A stretch of DNA of 63,107 nucleotides, filler included, from Salisapilia sapeloensis CBS 127946 (lineage: Eukaryota > Protista > Oomycota): the NCBI GenBank assembly GCA_023334545.1. It is 12 parts of 12 records of this genome, joined end to end, with 100 filler letters (N's around TTAATTAATTAA, not from the genome) between each part and the next. Parts side by side here need not be neighbours in the genome. Positions count along the whole stretch, not along the records: positions 12,279 to 30,563 come from JAADVB010000322.1; positions 30,664 to 31,873 come from JAADVB010001248.1; positions 31,974 to 38,681 come from JAADVB010000548.1; 9 more parts are not named here. The stretch is one strand, 5' to 3'. Within the stretch, counting starts at the first letter, position 1. The number at the start of each line of letters is the position of its first letter. The position numbers and the translations under genes were made by a program. This document shows, piece by piece, positions 24,628 to 38,781 of this stretch. The notes below the pieces were generated by a model. The model saw nothing but the letters and a program-made list of their open reading frames with translations, ran no database searches and had not been told where the DNA came from.

Positions 24628-25269
24628 TTAGATTGCTAGTGCGGATGCCATCAAGTTCGAATGCATCGGCTGCTCGCATTGCTGAAGCATCTTGGCAAGC
24701 TCAAGATGGCCAAAGTAGACCGCGTAGTCTTTTGCTAGTGTGGGGTTTCCTTCATCTCGATTTCGCAATAGCCAATTCACTACCTTGATGTGTCCATTCG
24801 CCGCTGCCACGTCCAACAAAGCCATCGAGCCACCCTCGCTTCGATGCCGATGAAGCCACCGCAAGACGTCTAAGAATCCATTGGCCGCAGCACCGTCCAT
24901 CGCAGCAGAAGTGCATGGAGCACAAAGTTTCTTGTCTAGCCATTGCACCGCAAGTAAATGTCCATTGGCCGCCGTCAAGTCCATGACATCGCAGCTGAGT
25001 GGGATGGCTTTATGATGACGAACGCTCCATTCGATATACGACATGTCGCCTTGCTCGCCAGCAATGCGTCGCCCCCATTCGATTTCATCCTCCGTCATGG
25101 TCGTTTGCTTCTGAATTACGAGATAATGCATGAGATGGAGATAACCGTGGCAGGCAGCAGAATGGATGGTCCAGTTATCCGACGTATCGAGAAACGAGTT
25201 GATGTGCTCCTTCAGTTCACTCGGAAGAGCATCCTGGGAGGAAAGCGCAATGGACACGGATGTGAGCAT
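24628..25269 (-). CDS. Ankyrin-repeat protein (oomycete expanded type)
   Basis: Repeated MDxAAxNGHLxxVxWL units (MDLTAANGHLLAVQWL, MDGAAANGFLDVLRWL, LDVAAANGHIKVVNWL). Confidence 0.88.
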   Translation of the reverse strand: MLTSVSIALSSQDALPSELKEHINSFLDTSDNWTIHSAACHGYLHLMHYLVIQKQTTMTEDEIEWGRRIAGEQGDMSYIEWSVRHHKAIPLSCDVMDLTAANGHLLAVQWLDKKLCAPCTSAAMDGAAANGFLDVLRWLHRHRSEGGSMALLDVAAANGHIKVVNWLLRNRDEGNPTLAKDYAVYFGHLELAKMLQQCEQPMHSNLMASALAI

Positions 25270-25728
25270 ACTTGGTCTTTTTTAAAAATGAGATATGAGG
25301 GAAAAGCGCGGGTAGTGTGCGGCGAGTGACGCAGCACACGAAAGCATTGCTTTATCCACGTATCTCGGAAAATGTATACTTCAAGAAATCACTTGTTCAA
25401 ATCAGGAATTCATCGCCTTCTTTTGAATTTTCAGTGTCGACCAGGAGAGCCCAGTCGCATCTCCGCTTTTACCACTCTCCGTGGATACAAAACTCGCTTA
25501 TAATGTAAAACTGCGACAGTATGCAATACATGTCTACATGAGACTGCAAGTGCCATGAAAATCATAACGCGTATCTTTAGAAACTCAACCAGCGTTGCGG
25601 AATCCCGAGCTCGTTTTTTCAAAAATTTGGACCAAAGTTAACGGATAAGCGAATGTGCATAAAAACGAAGCGATCAACTTCAAGAGCTAACACAATCTTT
25701 TCTGCGTTGCCCACAACAAGTCCGAATC

Positions 25729-25959
25729 ATGCCAAAAAGTCGAGAACTGGCGAACAAGAAGAGCGAAAGCAAGGACCGCCAGTCACGCGGTCCACCAGGC
25801 TCCTCTGACACCAAATGCAAGAAAGCAGGAGCTGGTGCACACAACTGGGGAAAGCCTGAGGACGCAGGAGAAGACTTGACTGCTTTTGACAAAAACGATC
25901 CGAACTATGTTGATCCCAATGAAGATCAAGCCGGCACTGCTGTCGGAGCGCAGCAGTAG
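25729..25959 (+). CDS. 76-aa hydrophilic protein with DRxS...KKxGxGxxNWG...DPNY motif (HABP4/SERBP1-Stf2/PDCD4 N-terminal-like)
   Basis: ATG-initiated ORF: KDRQSRG...KKAGAGAHNWGKPED...DKNDPNYVDP. Confidence 0.7.
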   Translation: MPKSRELANKKSESKDRQSRGPPGSSDTKCKKAGAGAHNWGKPEDAGEDLTAFDKNDPNYVDPNEDQAGTAVGAQQ

Positions 25960-26265
25960 TGTCTGATCCGCCAAGCTTTGCACATTGCATGTCAGCTGCC
26001 GTCGAGTGACACTCGTTTCATCTTTTCATGCGAAGCGTCTTCATAATGCAAGCACAATCAGTATACTGTATTCGTTCTTAGCGCTTTCTTTCGTTCTCAT
26101 GAGCATCTTTTTGGACGTCTGTACCTATATTTAGCACGCTTGAAGCAGGTGCAGATTCTCAAAGGTTGTCGATACAATTGAGCTTTCCGCTATACTTAGC
26201 ATGCTTGTACCATTGTCGTACCTTAATGTACCACTCGCCAGCCTTTGACAACGAGTGGTGAAACG

Positions 26266-27276
26266 ATGGCGAGTACGTCGACTGAGGTGATTCCGAATGG
26301 TATGTGGCGCAGTCCAGAGCGCATTGAGCCCGGATCTCTTGTGATTCTCTTCGAGAGTCACCAGTCGCTCACCTACTGCTACGTGAAACCCGGAGAGATT
26401 TTCCAGAACCGCCACGGAGTCTTCTACCATGACGACATGCTGCACAAACCTTTCGGCAGCAAGGTGTTTTCTCGTCGCAAGAACTTGAGCGGCTACATCA
26501 TCGTATTGGCGCCGACACCAGAGCTCTGGAGCCGTGCGTTGCGTCATCGAACGCAAATCGTTTTCACATTAGATGCGAGTGCTGTCCTCTTTGCTTGCAA
26601 CCTCCGCTCTGGCCATGTCGTAATCGAGGCAGGTACAGGCAGTGCGGCACTCACGACAGCTTTCGCTCGTACTGTTGCACCAAAAGGAAAAGTTTATACT
26701 TTTGAATTCAATGGCACGCGAGCAGAGACCGCAAGGCAAGAAGTGGAGGCGCATGGCATGCAAAGCGTCGTGCAAGTCGAGCACCGAGATGTGTGCGAGA
26801 ATGGGTTCCCAGAAACACTTGCCGGTACTGCAGACACAGTCTTTCTGGACTTGCCGTGTCCTTGGAAAGCAGTCGATTATGCGCACAAGATGCTACGACA
26901 AGGAGGCTACTTTGCGTCCTACAGTCCCTGCATCGAGCAAGTTCAGAAGACGGCCGACGCCCTTCGTCAGGCGAACTTTGAGCGTATGTGTCCTGCTGAT
27001 TTATACGTTTATTGAAAAATAATTTACATCTGCATACTAGTCATCCGGACGATCGAGACGAGGTTGGTGCCGTACAGCTCCCGAGCCATCGACCTGCCAA
27101 TGCCAGACTTTGGCGACGCAGAGCCCAAGGAAGAGGACGTGAAGCCTGCTGTGGACACGAAGAAGAAGTTTTCCAAGCGAAAGCGTACGCCGGAAGGAGA
27201 TACGTTAGTGGCGAAGCGGGACGACGAGATCCGAGGGCACACGGCCTTCCTCACCTTTGCCTCCAAGTTTCAATAA
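26266..27276 (+). CDS. TRM61: tRNA (adenine58-N1)-methyltransferase catalytic subunit, 2 exons: 26266..26983, 27041..27276
   Basis: PTPELWSRALRHRTQIV, EAGTGSAA, FLDLPCPW, SPCIEQV and GHTAFLTFA motifs. The 57-nt intron restores IRTIET. Confidence 0.95.
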
Positions 27277-27322
27277 AAGTCGCATGCATTACTGTAGAAG
27301 GGAAAGAAAGCGAGCACTTGCA

Positions 27323-30145
27323 TTAGCCTACCGATTGTTTCTTCGAGCACTGGCGAGCAAAGTGTCGGACGCTACGACGGAAGCACCACTCGTCCTCTGC
27401 CGTGAACAGGTCGTTTAAAAAACCATTCGCGTCCGAAGCACTAAGCCAGTCGCCGTTACTCGTTGCCTGCTGTAACCACTTGTCCATTTCCGTTCGCAGT
27501 CTCGCGCCATCCATTTGAGCCAGCAGCGCCAGCACGCCTGCGACAGATCCTACGTCAGCGTCGACGCGTCCGCTCGGGAGACTACCCAAGATGGCTCCTG
27601 CCAGTATTTGATGAAGGAGGAACCTGCTGTAGTCTGGGTTTCCGACTATCGATTGAAGGTAGTGGGATAGACCATCCTTTCCTGACATGGACATCTTGAG
27701 TACGCGTTCTAAAAAGCACAGCGCTCCCTTGTTCGCGTCCGAGTGAGGAACTTGCAAGGAGACGACAGCTGCCTGAAGACACTCCTTCATCGTGTCTTCT
27801 TCCTGGAAGACGGACGGAAGAACTTGTAAGCAACGATCGAGCAGGAAGAAGAGTTCCTCCACCACATCCGGGTGCGTCTGAATGCTCTCCACGGATCGGA
27901 ACAGCGGCAAGGTGCTTTTCATCAATGTCTCAACCGTCGAACGCAACGTTTGCTGCTGTTCTTGGTCGTTGGCAAAGGACTTTACCAGCAGACTCGTCAG
28001 ATACAAAAACGAGCTTTTGGGCTCTTGTTGGTAGTACCCGACGATCATCTCCACGACGCTAGGCAGGACAGTCACGACGTACTGACCACACTCACGCAGC
28101 ATCCGCTTGACGAGTCGGCACACCCTTTCGACGAACGCGTCGCTCTTGTAATACAGTTGCATCAAGTCGAGAATGAGCGGCCACATGCGGTTCGTCACCT
28201 GCGCTAGTTGGTCTGGGTTATTTAAAAATTCATACAAGCATAATAGTCGAAGCATCTCCTGCATGGCCATCTCCATTCCCACGACGTCTCCTGTTCCTGA
28301 ACTCTTAACGCTCTCCAGCTTTCGACCGACAGCACTCACGACTTGCTCCACTAGCTGACCCGTCATCTGAGCATCCCCGCTCGACACCACGCCTTTGCAG
28401 CATCCTTCCAGCAATAGCACTTGGTCTTCCACATTCAGCACCTGCTCGCCCTGTGCCTCCAACGTTATGTAAAACTGCACGACGTCATTGCCTAGCAGGC
28501 TCCAGCAGTCCTCCGCCACACTTCGCACTGCCGTCGCTGCTGCCCTCGCAACCTCCCACTTATTTTCCTTTCCCAGATTCTGAATACAGTCATTCAAGAA
28601 GGCTACTTGCAAACGCAGCAGGTCTGGTCGAAGTCGCAACCAGTCTGCGTATCGTGAAACGATCAGACACGCCGTGTACGCTACTGCCGGATGGAACTTC
28701 ATCTGAGGTAGTTGCTGGAAGACGAGCTGCAGCCGTGTCTCTGCCGCTGCAGTCTGTTGTTTCTCCACGATCCTCGCCACGGATCGAATGGCATACAAAC
28801 AAGCTTCCGTTTGTTGCCAGCCGGAACTGTGCTGAAGCCCTGTGACGCTCTGCTCCAACACTTGGTCCACACCCACGAGGTCACTGCAATCTCTTAGAAT
28901 GTCTCCCACTTCCACACGGAATGCCTTGAAGTCTTGCTGTCGATCTTCTGGCATATCTAAGAAGTCTTCCGGGAACGGTAAGATCCGCATGCACGCCGCC
29001 GCGAGCCGCACCAACAACTCTTTCCAATTTCCCACATCATCCTTCCGCACCAATTCATCCAGTAGTTTGAGCCAAAAAGGCAGCGTCACGTCGGCCACCT
29101 CCACCTCTGGATACGTCATGCAGTCGAGCAGTAGCTCTAGCAGAGACTGGCTGAAGACATCGTCGCCCTGTTCGTGCAAAAGTAAGTCCAAGTACGCCTC
29201 ACTCGTCTCGGTGAACACTCGACAGAGACCTTTGCAGACCTCCGTGTCCTGACTTTGACATGCCGACTGGAACTGCTCCTTCAATGGCAAAAGCACTTGC
29301 GGAACGATCCAAAGAAGAAGTTCTTTCCCACCGTCGTTTCCGTACGCACTGCAGCACTTGACCAGTTCCACGACCACTTCATTGCTGCTTTCGAATAACT
29401 CTGCATCTCCTAGGTACTGCGGTAAACTCTGCACAACACGATTTCTCAACAGTCCTCTCACGTCTTCCATTCGAGACTCTTTCACCCATGTCTGCAAAGC
29501 TCTCAGCACCAACTTTTGCCCCTCTTCCTCATGTGTCATGAGCTGCGGAAGAATTTCGTTCAGCACAGCATTTGCCCAGAAATCGACTTCCTGCTGAAGC
29601 TTTCGACGCCGAGTGCGATCTCCAATATCCTGCACTTGTTCTATGACGATGGCCAGTGTCAAGGCAGTAACGCCGGCGGACACAGGAGGCTGCGATTGCT
29701 GTAGTAACTGAATCAAAAAGCCTATCACTGTATTGTCCCCACCTTCTGACTGCATTTGTAGAGGTTGTGAGGTATCGACATGCAAGATCGCTGCTACAAA
29801 AGCCAAAGCGAGCTGCGTTTGGACAGCAGTGGGTTGATGAGACGCATTGGCAAGCCATGACAGCAACTGCTGTGACCAATACACAGCATCTGCATGCTGG
29901 AGATCACCCAAGCGTAACTTTGTCGCCAGCGTTTGCGCCGAGAAGAAGAGTATTGGCGTCGAACTCAGGTCGTTCGTGCCTACTAGTCGCTGGACAATGG
30001 CGGCAGCGACGTGAAAGGCAGAAGAAGAGCGCTGAAACTCGCGAAGGAACGCATCTGCTCCTGCTCGATCGCCAGGAGCGCCATGATAAAGTATTTGCAG
30101 TGCTGCTAGTACGCGCTCTTCGCTTACGTCGGCAGTCCCTTCCAT
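27323..30145 (-). CDS. TNPO3: Importin-beta family karyopherin, transportin-3/Mtr10/importin-13 type
   Basis: ADAFLREFQRS, FFSAQTLATKLR, QTQLALAF, TLPFWLKL, FRVEVGDILRD, WQQTEACLYAIRSVA and HPDVVEELF motifs. About 940 aa. Confidence 0.85.
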   Translation of the reverse strand: MEGTADVSEERVLAALQILYHGAPGDRAGADAFLREFQRSSSAFHVAAAIVQRLVGTNDLSSTPILFFSAQTLATKLRLGDLQHADAVYWSQQLLSWLANASHQPTAVQTQLALAFVAAILHVDTSQPLQMQSEGGDNTVIGFLIQLLQQSQPPVSAGVTALTLAIVIEQVQDIGDRTRRRKLQQEVDFWANAVLNEILPQLMTHEEEGQKLVLRALQTWVKESRMEDVRGLLRNRVVQSLPQYLGDAELFESSNEVVVELVKCCSAYGNDGGKELLLWIVPQVLLPLKEQFQSACQSQDTEVCKGLCRVFTETSEAYLDLLLHEQGDDVFSQSLLELLLDCMTYPEVEVADVTLPFWLKLLDELVRKDDVGNWKELLVRLAAACMRILPFPEDFLDMPEDRQQDFKAFRVEVGDILRDCSDLVGVDQVLEQSVTGLQHSSGWQQTEACLYAIRSVARIVEKQQTAAAETRLQLVFQQLPQMKFHPAVAYTACLIVSRYADWLRLRPDLLRLQVAFLNDCIQNLGKENKWEVARAAATAVRSVAEDCWSLLGNDVVQFYITLEAQGEQVLNVEDQVLLLEGCCKGVVSSGDAQMTGQLVEQVVSAVGRKLESVKSSGTGDVVGMEMAMQEMLRLLCLYEFLNNPDQLAQVTNRMWPLILDLMQLYYKSDAFVERVCRLVKRMLRECGQYVVTVLPSVVEMIVGYYQQEPKSSFLYLTSLLVKSFANDQEQQQTLRSTVETLMKSTLPLFRSVESIQTHPDVVEELFFLLDRCLQVLPSVFQEEDTMKECLQAAVVSLQVPHSDANKGALCFLERVLKMSMSGKDGLSHYLQSIVGNPDYSRFLLHQILAGAILGSLPSGRVDADVGSVAGVLALLAQMDGARLRTEMDKWLQQATSNGDWLSASDANGFLNDLFTAEDEWCFRRSVRHFARQCSKKQSVG

Positions 30146-30563
30146 TTTGTGGTCTGGGTGGTTAAACAAATATGAAATGCACATTCTTTCGCTTTCATAG
30201 TAGTTATCCGTGTGTCATACTTGCTTACTGTATATAGTCTCACCTCCATTAGTGATAAAAAGCAGTGAAGAAAAATTATATTTTAAATTCAGTAGATCCC
30301 AAATGCAATTACAAGTATGCAACGCAATAACAAGCATGAATGGCATATAGATAGGTATATTTCGTATAGCAGTTTGTTAGTATACTGAAAAGTTTTTTGT
30401 GCGCAGGAAACTTGAATCTGATATTTGTATTTATCCGTGCTACATACCTTGGGCAGAGCACAATTTTAAGCAATAACGCTTTAACTAGTTCGCTGAACAG
30501 CGAGTCCATATCAACCCAAATAAGCTGTCAGTACACATATAGTTTATTATAGCGTCTTTAATC

Positions 30564-30663
30564 NNNNNNNNNNNNNNNNNNNNNNNNNNNNNNNNNNNNN
30601 NNNNNNNTTAATTAATTAANNNNNNNNNNNNNNNNNNNNNNNNNNNNNNNNNNNNNNNNNNNN
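30564..30663. other. Assembly spacer
   Basis: N-run + TTAATTAATTAA + N-run. Confidence 0.98.
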
Positions 30664-31873
30664 GTCCGTCCTTCTTGTAGCTGAACTGGACGTCCTGGAA
30701 CTGGATGTCTCCGTTCGTCGGCCACTCGACCGGGGGGTCGATCACCAGCGCCTTCTCACTCCCTTCCGGTTCGATTGAAGCATACTCCAGCACTCGTTCA
30801 GGACTGACCATGCTAATTTCCACCATTGCCCAGTAGTCTATCAGCGCGGCGAGTATCTCATCCACACCAATGGCATACGTAAACGCGACGCCAACGATAC
30901 CAGGAGACAAAATCCCTCGTAAGGAAAATAACCCAGACAAGATCAACACGACAACGCCACATCCAATGAGCTGCATGCGCATTTGATACCACATCCGAAC
31001 ACTCACCTGCGTCACCCAAACACGACTATTCGCATCGAACTTGGTACCAGCATCTTCCACTGTACGCTTGTAAAAGTCAGAGCCAAAGGCTCGAATGACA
31101 GCTGCACCTGCTTCGGCCTGAGCTGCATAGCTGAGCGCTGGCGACACTGTTGTGCGCCACAGTCTCGATATCTCTCGAGATGGAGCCAAGTAGAACTGAG
31201 CTAGCTTCACGTAAATGTAGAGAAGAGGTAGGACAAATAGACCTACGTACTGGACGACAAAGATCGCAGTGATGAGTTGACACACTGCGACGAAAAGCAT
31301 GGCGAGAAAGGAGCTCATGTTGATTGGTACGTTGAAATCCACCTCGGAGATATCGTCCGAGTACCGAGTGAGGATACGGCCGATGGGGTTGCTATCGAAG
31401 AAAGCGAGCGGACCGTGCAGGAGGGCGTCTGTCATGGAGTAGAAAAGAAACTTGGACGCTTTCAGACCCGCGAATGACGCTGTTAGAGTGCGTAGACCGA
31501 CCATGCACGAGGCTGCAAAGCCCAGTAGAGCGTAGACCTGCATGTTGTATAGCGTCTCACCCGATTGATTAGCAGCCAAATTCTCATCTGTCCAGTGGCT
31601 CATCCACAAGTCGCTTCCGATCTTCAATACCTGCCACGACATCAGGATGAAGAGGAGGAAAGTGCACATATAGATGCCACCAACGGCATCAAAATAGCGT
31701 TTGAAGACAGCCTTCGAAACTCGGCCTTCTATTCGCTCCTCTTCTACTGTAAATTGACCGCTCGGAGGACTGCTTTCCACTTCTCCATCCGCTTCCGATC
31801 TCACACTCACCGATGAGCTCGGAGGCGTAGGCGAGAGATAGTGCGAACGACGATGCTCCAGGTCCGAACGAGA
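30664..31873 (-). CDS. ABCC/MRP-type ABC transporter, internal fragment (linker, TMD2, start of NBD2); truncated by gaps at both ends
   Basis: EEERIEGRVSKAVFKRYF, FFDSNPIGRILTRYSDD, MVSPERVLEY and WPTNGDIQFQDVQFSY motifs. Confidence 0.93.
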
Positions 31874-31973
31874 NNNNNNNNNNNNNNNNNNNNNNNNNNN
31901 NNNNNNNNNNNNNNNNNTTAATTAATTAANNNNNNNNNNNNNNNNNNNNNNNNNNNNNNNNNNNNNNNNNNNN
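31874..31973. other. Assembly spacer
   Basis: N-run + TTAATTAATTAA + N-run. Confidence 0.98.
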
Positions 31974-32037
31974 CGATGTCTATTGCCTTTCTGTCTACGC
32001 ATGCGTCCGCTGGTCGGTGGACTATCCGTGATCCAAA

Positions 32038-32870
32038 ATGCGCCGCTCATCTATCCAATGCATGCGACATGCACTATCTATGCTGTGGCCTATATACAGG
32101 TATGACGCGGACTCATCAGTGGACAACATCGACAAGTACTTCGAGTGTAGCATGGACACCGGTCCGGCGGCGTGGCTCACTGCGACGAACAAGCCGAGGC
32201 GGCTTCCGGACTCTATCACTCACTTGCTTCATCTCCACTTGCCGAATCCGTCGATCGACCTATATGAAGCTCTAGCAGAATGGCTGGGCCGGTAGGGTGA
32301 CTTGTGGTTAGCGATGTTAGCACGGATACTAGACATCGTAAGTAACTCGACATCAATATACCTCACATCCAAATCAAATGAAATATCTGAAGCTCTTCCA
32401 GTCGCCTCTGGAGCTCACTCCAAGCTCGGCAAGCTATTCCTGGAAGACAGCAAACTACAGCGACTGCCACCGTCAATTGGACAGTTGAAATGCTCAGCGA
32501 GTAGCGTGAGCCAGAACTGCCTAGTCGAGCTTCCAGACACGATCGGAGATTTGGGAAATCTCACATTGACCTCTGAAAACATGCATCGTCTCTCTGTCTT
32601 CCCAAAGTCTAAATTAAACCTGCCCAGCTACAAGTCTTACATGCCTCTCGAATTCGACTACGTGAAACACCTCGACGGATTGGAGTACTAGAGTATCTAG
32701 TTGACCTCCGGCTGGACTGGAACGACATGCAGGAGCTAGCACCCTCCTTCCGAAATCTCCGTCGACTCAAGTACCGAACGATGGAACGCAATCCACTGAA
32801 GAGGCGACTGGCAGGCTTTGCCTACATTAGTCGCCAACGTATCATTGAGCTCTTACAGCGTATTCTGGCG
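32038..32870 (+). pseudogene. Decayed leucine-rich-repeat gene (LPxxIGxL type)
   Basis: Fragments LGKLFLEDSKLQRLPPSIGQL and QNCLVELPDTIGDLGNL; in another frame RIGVLEYLVDLRLDWNDMQELAPSFRNLRRLKY..ERNPL. Interrupted by stops and frameshifts. Confidence 0.7.
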
Positions 32871-33024
32871 TTTGCGGAATAATAAGTGGCAAAGGCGGAG
32901 GCTGCCGACGGACAGCACTGCTGACTCGTCCGTACATGCTAGCGCATGAAGAAGGTACTGTTAAGCAAATGAAGCAAAGAGATTACAGCTGTGGGCAAGC
33001 GGAAGAGAGATAATAAAATCGATT

Positions 33025-33380
33025 TTACTGGAAGTATTGTGCTCGATCCTCTATGAAGCACTTGGAGATCGGAACCTCAATCGTCTCAAGCGGAATCTGC
33101 AAGTCCATGAGGACATCGTCTAGGTTGTACTCCCAAAGAAATCTCCGCTCTGGTTGACCTGGATACCTGGATTCGGAGGGTTCTGCTTCATGAGTGCATG
33201 CCTGAGCTCTACGACGCACGTGGCGGGGAGTTCCTGCACCTGCTCGACATCGATCCGCTTCTGCGGCTGTATCATTTAGTTGTAGCAGTCTGTCAGGCGA
33301 GACATGATCTGGATGTACTTGATGTAGAGACAAGCGTAGTGCTAAAATGCCTCCACGATGATTGCTTGTGGCGACTGTGA
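33025..33380 (-). pseudogene. DRC11: Pseudogenic N-terminal fragment of dynein regulatory complex subunit 11 (IQCA1/DRC11)
   Basis: EAF*HYACLYIKYIQIMSRLTDCYN*MIQPQKRIDV...VVELRHAL..NPPNP, then after a frameshift WEYNLDDVLMDLQIPLETIEVPISKCFIED. This matches the recalled IQCA1 N-terminus. Stops at 33344-33342 and 33278-33276. Confidence 0.72.
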
Positions 33381-33495
33381 TGTGTGGAGTGAGAGCCTGG
33401 CGTATACTTTTGGTAGTGGTAATGTACCGGTTCAGGGAGGAAGGGTTCTGATCGTCGCTGATGAGCGTATGGTCTTTGATGTGGACGCGCTAATA

Positions 33496-34274
33496 TAGGA
33501 CGTGTTCGCGCTGAATGCCGATTCGGCATGATTGGATTCCACCTTTCGTAAGTTCATTCATGATACTCAAATCGGACAGCTCTGTATTCGTTGATAAGTG
33601 CCGATCGAGAGTAGTTACATGCTATGGAAACCTAACACAACACTTCAATAGATCTTTCTCCCACTATATCGAATGCATAAACGAGTGTTCTGTACTGCCA
33701 ATGGAGATGCGGATTCATATTCCTGGTTTATGTCTGTTATCGCCTTGGATGCAACCAAGAGGAAACGATCTTCGAGAAGACTTTAAGCCGTGCCTGGTGC
33801 TCGAAATGTGCACATTTGAAAAAGCGCGGGAAAGACTCGGAGAGCTCTTCGCTTTACTTGCGCTATTGAGCCCTTCTCTATTATTTCGGAACAGACACAG
33901 TACCGTGTTGGATGGAATAATTGAGCGACATTTTCGACGTGCACTGTATCCATCCCAGTAAAACAGCGAAGAGCTCACCAAGTCTTTCCCGCGATTTTTC
34001 AAATGTGCGCATTTCGAGCACTAGACATGGCTTAAAGTCTTCTCGAAGATCGTTTCCTCCTGGTCGTATCAAAGGCAAACGATCACGTGCTCTGGCATTC
34101 CTAGTTTGACAGGAAAGTTATATTGAAGTGTTACCTTGGGTTTCCAGTGGCAAGTAGCAAAGCAGCATCGGCTATTCAACGAACGACGAGTACCCATTCC
34201 GAGTATCATGGATAGAGTTACAAAAGACGGATCCCCAATCATGCCGAATCGGTATTTGGCGCGCACACGGCCTA
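33496..34274. repeat. Inverted (fold-back) duplication: arms about 33496..33858 and 33957..34274, spacer about 98 bp
   Basis: Inner blocks 33759..33853 and reverse complement of 33965..34059 match at 88/95 nt (counted by eye). Outer arms share ccgattcggcatgattgg, catgatactc and tggaaacc.aa..aacacttcaata. Confidence 0.88.
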
Positions 34275-34647
34275 ATTACTTTACCAGAGTGGAAGTGTAC
34301 CGCTGGTCTAATTCTGAAAATCTGCTCTCAATCACATAGAAGTAGTTTGCAACTGACAAGTTCCACAACTTCACCTTTGGAGAACTATAGGATGTGGTAT
34401 AACTATGCACCAAGATGAATTGATGCCATGAGTACAACTCGGCCAAGTAGCTTTATGGGAACCATCATCAATAGGCAATGCTACCATTATGGATGGAATC
34501 GAAAAAAGCGCCCATCCATACTACATGATGGCCTTGCAAAACCTCAAACGTACTAGTCAATACATGCCGATGGGCTGCTAGAAGCTCAATCGTGTTTGTT
34601 GCTCTTACATGGGTCTTTGACAAATGTCTCTCCACGGCACTTCAGCC

Positions 34648-38571
<3,924 letters not shown>

Positions 38572-38681
38572 TGTCGATAATGCAGTTGCTTCGCCTTGTG
38601 CCTCCATCAAGCGTACGCTCGGGACTGCACGCACACACAAGCAGCTCAAGAGCAATGAATGGAAAGCTAGATTTTGCCATA

Positions 38682-38781
38682 NNNNNNNNNNNNNNNNNNN
38701 NNNNNNNNNNNNNNNNNNNNNNNNNTTAATTAATTAANNNNNNNNNNNNNNNNNNNNNNNNNNNNNNNNNNNNNNNNNNNN
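38682..38781. other. Assembly spacer
   Basis: N-run + TTAATTAATTAA + N-run. Confidence 0.98.
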
